Shown: piece after piece, positions 10,963 to 21,719 of the stretch
How the letters are laid out: every line of letters starts with the position of its first letter
Position numbering within the stretch: position 1 is the first letter of the stretch
NCBI RefSeq assembly: GCF_004010195.1
Contig: NC_057754.1
Coordinates: 7,764,725-7,828,724 of the forward strand
Length of the DNA stretch: 64,000 bases
Origin: Chiloscyllium plagiosum
Taxonomy: Eukaryota
Direction: 5' to 3'
Notes under the pieces: model-generated
Seen by the model: only the letters and a program-made list of their open reading frames with translations
Told to the model about the DNA's origin: nothing
Database searches by the model: none
Made by a program: the position numbers and the translations under genes

Positions 10963-11817
10963 ATGGACAGTGTGCAGCTCAACAACGGGGTGGAGATGCC
11001 TCTGCTAGGCCTCGGCACCCACAGGTTGCGAGGGTATGAGGCCGTGTACCGGGCGCTGGATGCCGCGCTCAGGCACGGTTACCGCTCGGTCGACACGGCC
11101 AGCGTGTACGGCAACGAGGGGGACATCGGCAGGGCGCTGGCAGAGCTGCTGCCCAGGCACGGCCTGTCCCGGGCCGACGTCTTCATCACCAGCAAGCTCT
11201 CGCCAGCGGATCAGGGGGAGCGGGCCGAAGAGGGCGCCTTACGGAGCGTGGAGACCTTGGGCTGCAGCTACCTGGACCTCTATCTCATCCACTGGCCCGG
11301 CCGTCAGGGCTGGAAGAGCGAGGACCCCCGTAACCCGGGGTGCAGGCGCCGCAGCTGGGAGGCGCTGGAGGGCCTCTACAAGAGAGGCCTCTTCCGGGCC
11401 CTCGGAGTGTCCAACTACACGGAGGGCCACCTCAGGGAGCTGCTGGCCCATTGCCGGGTGCCGCCGGCCGTGCTGCAGGTGGAGTATCACCCGCGCCTGG
11501 TGCAGAGCGGCCTGTTGGCCTTCTGCGCCGAGCACGGCCTCCACCTGCAGGCCTACTCTTCCCTGGGCACAGGGTGCCTGCTGGAGGAGCCTCAGGTACA
11601 GGCCCTGGCCTCTGCCTACGGCCGCAGCCCCGCCCAGGTGCTGCTGCGCTGGGCCGTGCAGCAGGGCATCGGGGTCATCCCCAAGTCGGCCAATACCGAG
11701 CGCGTTGCCGCCAACGCCCGGCTCTTCGACTTCTTCCTGGCCCCGGAGGACGCCAAGCTGCTGACCGGGCTGCACTCTGACAGCCACTACTGCTGGGACC
11801 CCCGGGCTGTCGTCTGA
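10963..11817 (+). CDS. Aldo-keto reductase (NADPH-dependent), 284 aa, uninterrupted ORF
   Basis: N-terminal LNNGVEMPLLGLGT; catalytic tetrad D44 (DTA), Y49 (VYGNE), K78 (TSKL), H110 (LYLIHWP); GVSNY, LQVEYHP and IPKS cofactor motifs. Codons are strongly GC3-biased. Pyrimidine-rich acceptor ...tcctccaattcccag at 10945. Confidence 0.95.
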   Translation: MDSVQLNNGVEMPLLGLGTHRLRGYEAVYRALDAALRHGYRSVDTASVYGNEGDIGRALAELLPRHGLSRADVFITSKLSPADQGERAEEGALRSVETLGCSYLDLYLIHWPGRQGWKSEDPRNPGCRRRSWEALEGLYKRGLFRALGVSNYTEGHLRELLAHCRVPPAVLQVEYHPRLVQSGLLAFCAEHGLHLQAYSSLGTGCLLEEPQVQALASAYGRSPAQVLLRWAVQQGIGVIPKSANTERVAANARLFDFFLAPEDAKLLTGLHSDSHYCWDPRAVV

Positions 11818-11996
11818 GCTGGGGTGGGGGAAGGTGGCTGGGGATGTCTGAGTAACCGGCCTGTGCTGCCTACTTCAGGCTGCACCCCTGCCCGGTTCCA
11901 AATCCTGACTTGAGACGCGCCAAGGATGTGAAGGGTTGGGGGGTGGGGGGGGGGGTTGGTGCGTTCCCCCCCCCCGGGTCCAGAGCTGTGTTTGAA

Positions 11997-12002
11997 AATA
12001 AA
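11997..12002 (+). terminator. Probable polyadenylation signal of the AKR gene
   Basis: First AATAAA after the stop codon, about 180 nt downstream. Confidence 0.6.
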
Positions 12003-12134
12003 TATTGCTTATAAAACATCAACAAGACTTTGGTCTGGAATCTGTACGACAAAGGAATAGGCCCCTTCAGCACCACTCCTCCCCCCCCCCACGCCCTCCC
12101 CCGTCCCCCATCCCGCGACCTGGTATCCAACCTG

Positions 12135-13142
12135 TAAGACCATAAGAATGAAAAGGCCGTTCAGCCCTTCGAGCCTGCTCCACCACTCAATACGATTGTA
12201 GCCGACCTCATTTTAGCTTCAACCCCACTTTTGTGCCCTGCCCGTTTCTGATTAAAAATCTGTCTGTCTCCTCCTGAAATTTATTCAGTGTCCTCTGTGC
12301 ACACTGCTGTGTGTGTGGGGGGGGGGGGGGTGGGAGTGAATTCCACAGAGTTGACCCCTTCCCCCTTTGAGAGAAGTCATTGTTCCTCATCTGTGTGGCC
12401 CCCTTCTCCTGAAACGATGAACTCTCGTTCTAGATTGTTCCCACATGAGGAAACATCCTCCCTCAGTCTACCTTGCCAATCCCATTTAAACATCTGATAA
12501 ACCTTAATTAAATCTCCTTTTATTCTTCCAAACTCGAGAGCGTGTAGGTACAAACTGCTCAATCTCTCCATCATACAAACCTGGTATTAGTCCTCCAGTC
12601 AACTAATGGCCCAGTATATTCCCCCCCCACCATTCTTAGACCTATCCGTGGCTTTCCACGGTGAGCTGTGGAGGTGGGAAATGTGATTTTGGCATCAGAT
12701 AGAATCATAGAGTCCCACAGCACGAAAACAGATCCAATCAGTCCGTGCAGACTGTAATCCCAAACTAATTAGTCCCACCTGCCTGCATTTAGCCCATATC
12801 CCTCTAAACATTCCTTATCCAAGTATTTATCCAGCTGTCTCTTAAATGTTGCAACTTACCCACACCCACCATGTCCTCTGGAAGTTCATTCCAAACATGA
12901 ACCACCCTCTGTGTAAGGCAGTTGTCCCTCATGTCCTTCTTAAATCTTAAAAATAAGCCCCCCTTGTCTTGAAATCCCCCACCGAGGGAAAAGACACCTA
13001 GCCGTTCACCTTATCTGTACCCCTCAAGGTTTTAATACTCTCTATAACATTCCAGTCAAAAAGACCTAGCCCCCTCCTCAAAACTCAAACCCTCCACTCC
13101 TTGCAACATCCTTGTAAATCTATTCTGAGCCCTCTCCACCTT
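12135..13142 (-). mobile_element. Two decayed CR1-like LINE 3' remnants
   Basis: Tails taagaccataag and atagaatcatagag; ORF 12377..12574(-) RIKGDLIKVYQM is CR1-like. Confidence 0.65.
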
Positions 13143-13145
13143 AAG

Positions 13146-13435
13146 TTTAGATTAGATTCTCCTACAGTGTGGAAACAGGCCCTTCGGCCCAACTAGTCCA
13201 CACTGACCCTCCGAAGAGTAACCCACCCTCCTCTGACTATTGCACCTACCACTATGGGACAATTTAGCACGGCCAATCCACCCTCATCTGCACATCTTTT
13301 GGAATGTGGGAGGAAACTGGAGCACACCCATGCAGACATGGGAGAATGTGCAAACTCCACACAGACAGTCATCCAAGGCTGGAATTGAACCTAGGACCCT
13401 GTTGCTGTGAGGCAGCAGTGCTAAACACGGTGACA
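13146..13435 (-). mobile_element. HE1-type V-SINE
   Basis: (ttaga)n tail at 13146; reverse complement of the HE1 body. Confidence 0.85.
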
Positions 13436-13544
13436 CCCAGTAATATCCTAATGATCTCTCCAGAAAAGCCCTGCGTTTAGATAGAACAGCACAGTGCCAA
13501 GCACTAAACCATCTGGTGTTAAATTCGCACGCTGCTTCACGTGG

Positions 13545-13870
13545 GAAGCATGGTGGCACAGTGGGTGGCACTGCTGCCTCACAGCGCCAGAGACCTGGGT
13601 TCAATTCATGCCTCAGGCGACTGTGTGGAGTTTGCACATTCTCCCCGTGTCTGCGTGGGTTTCCTCCGGGTGCTCCGGTTTCCTCCCACAGTCCAAAGAT
13701 GTGCAGGTTAGGTGAATTGGCCATGCTAAATTGCCCATAGTGTTAGGTAAGGGGTAAATGTAGGGGTATGGGTGGTTGCGCTTCGGCGGGTCAGTGTGGA
13801 CTTGTTGGGCCGAAGGGCCTGTTTCCACACTGTAATGTAATCTAATCTAATCTAATCTAATCTAATCTAA
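13545..13870 (+). mobile_element. HE1-type V-SINE (young-looking)
   Basis: Near-consensus body and (taatc)n tail at 13838-13870. Confidence 0.9.
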
Positions 13871-14169
13871 ACCATTATCAAAATGTTGACGTGGTTCCTG
13901 AAAGTGTAAGGGTGAGCAACTTTTTGAAGATAAATGTAAGATATATCTGAAAAGATGTCTCCATCCCAGAGCACCAAAGAACGAGAATGTGTTTTATTTG
14001 CATTCCCTGGTGGGATTTGGGTGTTGCGCTGCCACCTTGATCTAGTCGAGTTTAAGTGCAGGAGGTTGGTACACAATGCCCTGAGGGAGGCATTTCCAGG
14101 ATTTTGACCCAGCAATTGTGAAGGAACCATGATAGATTTCCAGTGAAGGTTGGGTGAGAGCAGCAGCCC

Positions 14170-14440
14170 ATGACACCAATGCTACATTGATCTAAGTGGG
14201 GCATCAAGGAGCCCCAGCAAAGCTGGAATTAATTGGGGAATCGGGGGAGGAAACTCTCTACTGGTTGGAGTCATACCTGGCACGTAGGAAGATGTGCACG
14301 TTGGAGGTCAGTCATCTCAGCAACCAGGACATTGCGACAGGAGATCGTCAGGGTAGTGTCCTAGGCCCAACCACCTTCAGCTGCTTCATCAATGACCATC
14401 CCTCTATCATAAGATCAGAAGTAGGGATGTTCTCCAATAA
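14170..14440 (+). mobile_element. Non-LTR retrotransposon RT fragment
   Basis: WLESYLARRKM ... QGSVLGPTTFSCFIND, an RT motif of CR1/L2-group LINEs. Confidence 0.75.
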
Positions 14441-14704
14441 CTCATGTACAAACCGACCAATAAAACAGTGCATGTAACACAGACATCCCAGCAAACCTCC
14501 CAACCTCCGGCCACTCAAAGGCAGCCCGGCCAATGTGACTTCATTTATTTTTTTTAAAACACAAAACAAGAAAAAAAAAGCCGGAAGTCAAATGTCTCCA
14601 AACTCAGAGAGGTCTCTTTCTTCCTCTTCACAGTACACTGGCTGCGGCTAGCCAGCTCAGAGTCCGGCCTCTGAACCGAGGAGATTCTAATCTCCCGGTT
14701 ATAT

Positions 14705-15093
14705 ATTTTTTCTTTTCCCCAGCACCCGTGTTGTGTGTGTGCGCAGGTGAGAGACACAAGGTGCACGAATCTTTATTTGGTTTCCATCAGCAGGAAGAAA
14801 GGCCAGTGACAAGCAGTGCCCTTCACATCAAAGGGCAATGCTGTGTGATCAAACAGTGAGGGGGAGGGTAGGGATTAAATCAAAATAGAGTTGGAGGGGG
14901 AAGTAATGCACTCCACTCCCTGCGGCGCCCACCTCTCCCTGAACAACTCCAGGGTGTTAGCAGACACCGCGTGCTCCTTCTCCAGAGACATCCGGACTCT
15001 AACGTAACCGCGGAAGAGGGGCAGGCAGTCGGCCCTCACGACCCCCTCCATGGCCCACTGCCTGGACCTGGTTATGGCTGGTTTGGCCACCAA
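14705..15093 (-). mobile_element. Tx1/L1-like non-LTR element 3' end, copy 1
   Basis: AKPAITRSRQ...DCLPLFRGYVRVRMSLEKEHAVS...LELFRERW peptide ending in a stop, then a 3' UTR and A-rich tail. Confidence 0.65.
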
Positions 15094-15359
15094 CTGGACA
15101 TTTTAAAAAAATATTTTATTAAACAATTCACTGTTTACACAAACAATTAACATTTACAGCTGTATACAGAAAAACGGCAATTTTACAAGGGAAGGGAATG
15201 GCGAAGCCAGGCCCCAAACCCTACCATTTAACCAGTTTTCAGGGAAAATGAGAAAGCTCAAATCCCAGTTTCAATCATTATAAAAACAGTAACAATAACA
15301 TTTGGACATGTACAACAGTCCAATTATGCAAAAAAGTGCATACAATGCAGACCCCAGCA

Positions 15360-15700
15360 AGCCCCCAACCCACCCCGTCCCTCCCACCTTCCGACCACTC
15401 TAAGGCAGCCCGCCCCTACCCACCTTCCGGCTCTCAGTCCACCCCATGCCCCTTCCAGTTCTCTGTCTGCCCTGACACACCTTCCGACCACCTCTAGGAC
15501 AGCCCATCCTGAATACCCCTTCTTGGGACGACAGCGCTCAGAACGGCCTACCCACCATCAGGCTCTCAGCGTGACTGGCATCAGGGTGGCCCAACCACCC
15601 TCCGACTTTTGGAACAGCCTACCAACCTTCAGGTTCACAGGATGGCCTACCCACCCTCCGGCTCTCGGGGTGACAGCTTTCAGGACTGAAAGTTGTCCTC
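15360..15700. repeat. Degenerate C-rich tandem repeat (caccttccgaccacctctaggacagccc-like), also at 18254-18510
   Basis: Recurrent cacc(t)ttccg and cagccc(g)ccc motifs in both intervals. Confidence 0.6.
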
Positions 15701-16605
15701 CCAGTTCACAGTAAGGCCTGCCAGACCCAGGCACACACAAGACAGTGCAGGTGATAAGCCCAACGAACAACACGATACAGTTAATTACCAAAAAACAGAG
15801 TCCTTTCTGGTACACAGAGTCCATTAGCATAGACAGTTCTCTTCAAAACGCAGTATTCAAAGTGCATTGTCAGAAATAGAGTCCACTCCAAACTGCAGAA
15901 TCCACTCCCAAAGGCAGCAAATGCACACCCCACAGTATTCAATCTCCATGGAGTCCTGGCCCATCCTTGGAGAACCAGGTCCACTCACAGGAACACAGGA
16001 TATTATAAAGGTGCTGTTAACTCACAGGGGTTTGGTCCACTCCTGAAGCAAAGGTCTTCTCCCAAACTCCAGGATACAGCAACTGCTCACCTCCCAGCAC
16101 ACACACAGGTGCTCAATCTTCAGAGGCCTAGTCCCAGGGCTAGGCCTCCCCACAGGAAAAGCTCCTCTGGTAAGATGTATTTTTTCACAAGAGCTCAGTC
16201 CAAACGCAAGACACATACAAAAAGCAAAGGAAACTAGAGTCCTCGGGCTAAGCCCTACCACAAAATTAATATTATCCTTTTCTAAAAAACAGAGTAACAC
16301 ACAGGCTGTAACCAGCCAGTGAAACAACAATCCCCTAATGCAAACTGAGCGACACCTGAAACACATTGTGTGCATCAGGAGTTTAACAATCAGTCCTCAC
16401 TAAGGGAATACCAGTTAACAAACTGGCTAAATAATTCAGCCAGTTCAGAAATCAGGTCTCTCCGCCCCCATTAAAACACACTGACTGTAGCACTAGCCAG
16501 CATAGAGTCAGTCACCTGACACAAATGGGGTGTTCTTGAGACTAATCCAGCTCCCTCAAGAGCCAGCTCTCAGAGTGAACAGAACCTCTGACATCATCAC
16601 TCATC

Positions 16606-17789
16606 TTTTTTTTTACCCCAACACTACCGCCTAACTGTGGTAGTGCTTATTTTTCCCCCGACGCCATGTTGTGTGTGTGCAGGTGTGAGACACAGTGAGA
16701 AACACAAGGTGTGCAAATCTTTCTTCAGTTCCCACCACCAGGAAGAAAGGAAACACCCGGGTGGCCAGTGACAAGCAGTGCCCTTCACATCAAAGGGCAG
16801 CGCTGTGTGATCAAACAGTGAAGGGGAGGGCAGGGGGTAAATCGAAATCGGGTTGGAGGGGGAAATGATGCACTCCACTCCCTGCAGTGCCCACCTCTCC
16901 CTGAACAACTCCAGGGTGTCGGCGGAGACCGCGAGCTCCTTCTCCAAGGACACCCGGGCTCTAACGTAACCGCGGAAGAGGGGCAGGCAGTCGGCCCTAA
17001 CGACCCCCTCCACGGCCTGCTACCTGGACCTGGTTATGGCCAGTTTGGCCACCAACATGACTTTATTTTTTTTCTTCTTTTTTTTCTTTTTTCTTTTTTT
17101 TCCCCTGTTTTTTTTAAATTTTTTTTTCCTTTTTTTAACCTCCCCCACACTACCGCCTAACTGCGGTAGTGCTTATTTCTTCCCCAGCACCCATGGTGTG
17201 TGTGTGCAGGTGTTAGACACAAGGTGCATGAATCTTTATTCAGTTTCCACCACCAGGAAGATAGGAAACACCCGGGTGGCCAGTGACAAGCAGTGCCCTT
17301 CACATCAAAGGGCAGTGCTGTGTGATCAAACAGTGAAGGGGAGGGTAGGGATTAAATCAAAATAGAGTTGGAGGGGGAAGTAATGCACTCCACTCCCTGC
17401 AGCGCCCACCTCTCCCTGAACAACTCCAGGGTGTCGGTGGACACCACGAGCTCCTTCTCCAAGGACACCCGGGCTCTAACGTAACCGCGGAAGAGGGGCA
17501 GGCAGTCGGCCCTAACGACCCCCTCCACGGCCTGCTGCCTGGACCTGGTTATGGCCAGTTTGGTCACTAACATGACTTTATTTTATTTTTTTTAATCTCC
17601 TGTTTAATTTTTTTTTTCTTTTCCTTTTAAACACTGCCCTTACAAGCCTGTTTTATTTTTTTTTAATATATTAACCCCCATACTACCACCTAAGTGCGGT
17701 AGTGCTTATTTTTTTCCCCAGCACCCATGGTGTGTGTGTGCAGGTGTGAGACACAGTGAAAGACACAAGGTGCACAAATCTTTATTCAA
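16606..17789 (-). mobile_element. Tandem Tx1/L1-like 3' ends (two complete units plus the tail of a third running into the gap)
   Basis: Same peptide in ORFs 16624..17013 and 17352..17573. T-rich tracts at 16606, 17060-17135 and 17576-17665. Confidence 0.7.
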
Positions 17790-18253
17790 NNNNNNNNNNN
17801 NNNNNNNNNNNNNNNNNNNNNNNNNNNNNNNNNNNNNNNNNNNNNNNNNNNNNNNNNNNNNNNNNNNNNNNNNNNNNNNNNNNNNNNNNNNNNNNNNNNN
17901 NNNNNNNNNNNNNNNNNNNNNNNNNNNNNNNNNNNNNNNNNNNNNNNNNNNNNNNNNNNNNNNNNNNNNNNNNNNNNNNNNNNNNNNNNNNNNNNNNNNN
18001 NNNNNNNNNNNNNNNNNNNNNNNNNNNNNNNNNNNNNNNNNNNNNNNNNNNNNNNNNNNNNNNNNNNNNNNNNNNNNNNNNNNNNNNNNNNNNNNNNNNN
18101 NNNNNNNNNNNNNNNNNNNNNNNNNNNNNNNNNNNNNNNNNNNNNNNNNNNNNNNNNNNNNNNNNNNNNNNNNNNNNNNNNNNNNNNNNNNNNNNNNNNN
18201 NNNNNNNNNNNNNNNNNNNNNNNNNNNNNNNNNNNNNNNNNNNNNNNNNNNNN
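17790..18253. other. Assembly gap (464 N)
   Basis: Run of n. Confidence 1.
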
Positions 18254-19019
18254 AGGGTAGCCCACAAGCCTTCCGGATCTCAGCCCGCCCCTACGTGCCT
18301 TGTTCTCAGTCCGCCCTGACACACCTTTCGACCACCTCTAGGACAGCCCGCCCAGGGTGACAGCAGTCAGGACAGCCTACCACCTTCCGGCTTCACTAAC
18401 CACCCTCAGCACCTTTCGACCACCTCTGGGGCAGCCCGCCCCGGTACCTGCCCGGGGTGACAGCGCTGAGGACGGCTACCCGCCTTCTGGCTCTCGGTCT
18501 GCCCCTACGACCAACATGACTTTATTATGGCTAGTGAACAGATCTTTCCAATTACTAATTGATTTCCTGGGTTTTAAAAGGTGAGAGCAAAATACTCACC
18601 AGTCGATCACTTACCTATTTCATTTCCGTCGAGTGTCTCTCTGCCTCCTCCTGTGCAGCTTCTCTACCCCTTCACTCCTGCAGCCTGGCCATGTTCGAGA
18701 AAGGAGAATGGACTCCTCCTTTCCCCTCTGCTCAGACCTCCCTCACTCACCAAATCCCGTGTGTCACACTCTGTGCAGTGCGGCCTTCTATGGTGATGTG
18801 AAAAGATGCCTCAGAAGAGGGTGTGGTCTTGTAGAGGAGACTGCCAACTGTCACTTTAACGAGCTGCTTTGACCTGCAGCCACTGGGCTTCCTTATCCCT
18901 GTCTGAGTCTGGAAGAAACTTCCAAGTGTCTCCGATAAAGTGCTTAATTTTAAAGAGAGTTAGCTCTTCAGCTTAACCTTCTTGCTCACCAAACCCCGAA
19001 TACGTCACACGCTGCGCTG

Positions 19020-19720
19020 TCAGAAACGAAATCAGAAATTTGCTGGAGAAACTCGGGCAGGATCTGCGGGGGGAGAAAGCCGAGTTAACATTTCAGGTCC
19101 AACGACCCTTCTTCAGAACCGACTGTAGCAAGAAGAAGGTTAGGACATGGGTTAGGCTGGAGGTGGAGCCCGGGTAGAGACAAAAACAGTTGGGTAGACC
19201 AAGGAGCAGGTAAAGGTCAGCCTGGGCCATGGAATGGAGACTGTGAGTGGCTGACGTCGGGTTGTGTGTAATAGCAGACCGTGTGATGACAAGGCCTGGT
19301 GCGGGTGGAGTGTTAGGCTAAGGACATAGGAGAAACTGCTGGTGCACTGCAGAAAGCCTGAGGCACAGATGTTGGCCAAGGGAACGGTGGGGGGGGTGTC
19401 GAAGTGGCAGACGACTGGGATCTCAGGGTCTTTTCTTTTTGCAGGAGGAACGTAGGTGTTCTGTGAAGCAGTCACCCAGTCTGCACTTGGCCTCCTCAAC
19501 GTAGAGGGGACCGCATTGTGAGCAGAGAAGGCGGTGGACAAGATGGTCAGAAGTGCAGGTGAGGAAGGTGTAGCTGGGACCTTGGATACTGAGGAGGGCT
19601 GGTGTTGCACCTGACAGCGAGGGCAGGGGGAAGGTGTCGTCGGGCTGTGGGGGCCTGCTGGGAGTGGAGGTGGAGTGGCCCAGGGTGTCGCGGAGGGAAC
19701 AGTCCCTTACAGAAAGCTGA
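19020..19720 (-). mobile_element. Penelope-like element remnant with GIY-YIG endonuclease and terminal hammerhead (third family)
   Basis: Minus strand translates TCTSDHLVHRLLCSQCGPLYVEEAKCRLGDCFTEHLRS (decayed VY..C..C..YIGET..RL..R..EH motif), then PVVCHFD...GFLQC. Hammerhead GUU-CUGAAGA-A-GGGUC-guug-GACCU-GAAA-UGUU-AAC at about 19084-19119(-). Confidence 0.8.
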
Positions 19721-19944
19721 CAAGGCAGGGGAAGGGCACATGTAAACGTGTGATAGCAAGAGTCCAGAGCCAGTCTGTCCCTGTTGGGGTGAAGGGAAAA
19801 GCTGACAGGTTTGGGGGAATCCCTGGCTGATGAAGAATATTGAGGCTCTGCTCAGGAAAAAGAAGGTATACATTGGAGTTAAGCCATCGGTCTCAAGCTG
19901 ACGATAAAAAGTGTAAGAGAGAAACCAGAAAGAGGGTGTGAGAT

Positions 19945-20230
19945 ATTTTTAAATTCAAAAATAAACTTTATTCATAAAATTATTTGGGTCTCCTTACAAT
20001 TGGTCATGCCATTCTTGTGCACACATTACATTGCTTTAAATACAGACATCGAAATTTATTTATACAACTCTGTACATTTACTATCCAGCTCTTCTGCCGA
20101 GGCGCCAGCGGAGCCCCAAATGACTGCGTGGGCCCCCTGTTCTTCTTTAGGCAGGCAGATGTTACATGGTGGCCTTCCCCCACCGCGCCTTGGCGGCAGC
20201 TGCCTCAAGCTTCAGCGCGTCCCTCAACAT
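19945..20230 (-). mobile_element. Second Tx1-like family, 3' end
   Basis: Minus strand reads LRDALKLEAAAAKARWGKATM-stop, then a 3' UTR with aataaa. Confidence 0.6.
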
Positions 20231-20279
20231 GTAAGATAAGGTTAAGGAGAATCCCAAGAGCTTCTATTGCTATATTAAA

Positions 20280-20779
20280 NNNNNNNNNNNNNNNNNNNNN
20301 NNNNNNNNNNNNNNNNNNNNNNNNNNNNNNNNNNNNNNNNNNNNNNNNNNNNNNNNNNNNNNNNNNNNNNNNNNNNNNNNNNNNNNNNNNNNNNNNNNNN
20401 NNNNNNNNNNNNNNNNNNNNNNNNNNNNNNNNNNNNNNNNNNNNNNNNNNNNNNNNNNNNNNNNNNNNNNNNNNNNNNNNNNNNNNNNNNNNNNNNNNNN
20501 NNNNNNNNNNNNNNNNNNNNNNNNNNNNNNNNNNNNNNNNNNNNNNNNNNNNNNNNNNNNNNNNNNNNNNNNNNNNNNNNNNNNNNNNNNNNNNNNNNNN
20601 NNNNNNNNNNNNNNNNNNNNNNNNNNNNNNNNNNNNNNNNNNNNNNNNNNNNNNNNNNNNNNNNNNNNNNNNNNNNNNNNNNNNNNNNNNNNNNNNNNNN
20701 NNNNNNNNNNNNNNNNNNNNNNNNNNNNNNNNNNNNNNNNNNNNNNNNNNNNNNNNNNNNNNNNNNNNNNNNNNNNNNN
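20280..20779. other. Assembly gap (500 N)
   Basis: Run of n. Confidence 1.
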
Positions 20780-21475
20780 GCCTCACAGTGCCAGGGACCC
20801 AGGATCAATTCCAACCTCACGTGACTGTCTGTGTGGAGTTTGTACATTCTGCCTGTGTCTGGATGCTATTTGCTCGCATAGTCCAGGGATATGCAGGTTA
20901 GGGTGGATTGGCTGTGCTAAATTGTCCCATAGTGCCCAGGGATGTGCAGGTTAGGGTGGATTGGCCGTGCTATATTGCCCCATAGTGCCCAGGGATGTGC
21001 AGGTTAGGGTGGATTGCCGTGCTATATTGCCCCATAGTGCCCAGGGATGTGCAGGTTAGGGTGGATTGGCCGTGCTAAATACATCCATTTAGTGCGGCAT
21101 GTGGACTCAGTGGTTAGCACTGCTGCCTCACAGTGCCAGGGACCCAGGATCAATTCCAACCTCACGTGACTGTCTGTGTGGAGTTTGTACATTCTGCCTG
21201 TGTCTGGATGCTATTTGCTCGCATAGTCCAGGGATGTGCAGGTTAGGGTGGATTGGCCGTGCTAAATTGCCCCATAGTGCCCAGGGATGTGCAGGTTAGG
21301 GTGGATTGGCTGTGCTAAATTGTCCCATAGTGTCCAGGGATGTGCAGGTTAGGGTGGATTTGTCAGACGTAAATATAGGGTCGGGGAAAGTGTCTGGGTG
21401 GGATAGTACTTTGAGGGTTGGTGTGTACTTATTGGGCCAAATGTCCTGTTTCCACACTTTCAGGATTGTATGAAT
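20780..21475 (+). mobile_element. Tandemly duplicated HE1-type SINE with internal 53-bp repeats
   Basis: 20780-20890 is essentially identical to 21124-21234, with multiple gatgtgcaggttagggtggattggccgtgctaaattg units. Confidence 0.85.
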
Positions 21476-21719
21476 TAAAGCCCAGAGGGCTGTGCGTCTG
21501 GACTGATCTTTAGGCCAGATTGGGCAAAGGTGGCTGATTTCCTTCTAGAAAGGAAAATGGCGAATGAGGCGTGGTTTCCTGACTTATCAACAACGGTTCA
21601 TGGTCATTGTTCGACTCTGAACTCTATGTTGTTATTGCTGTTCCATTGCAGCAGCAGACGATGCGGGATTCGAACTCACTTCCCCAGAACCTGAGCCTGA
21701 TGTCTGGGCTCATTGTCCC

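Noticed and set aside
11036..11787. Long overlapping ORFs (242, 182 and 146 aa) over the AKR gene
   Set aside because: Shadow frames caused by high GC content and GC3 codon bias.
17734..20901. Long ORFs containing X runs
   Set aside because: Artefacts of translating N-gaps.
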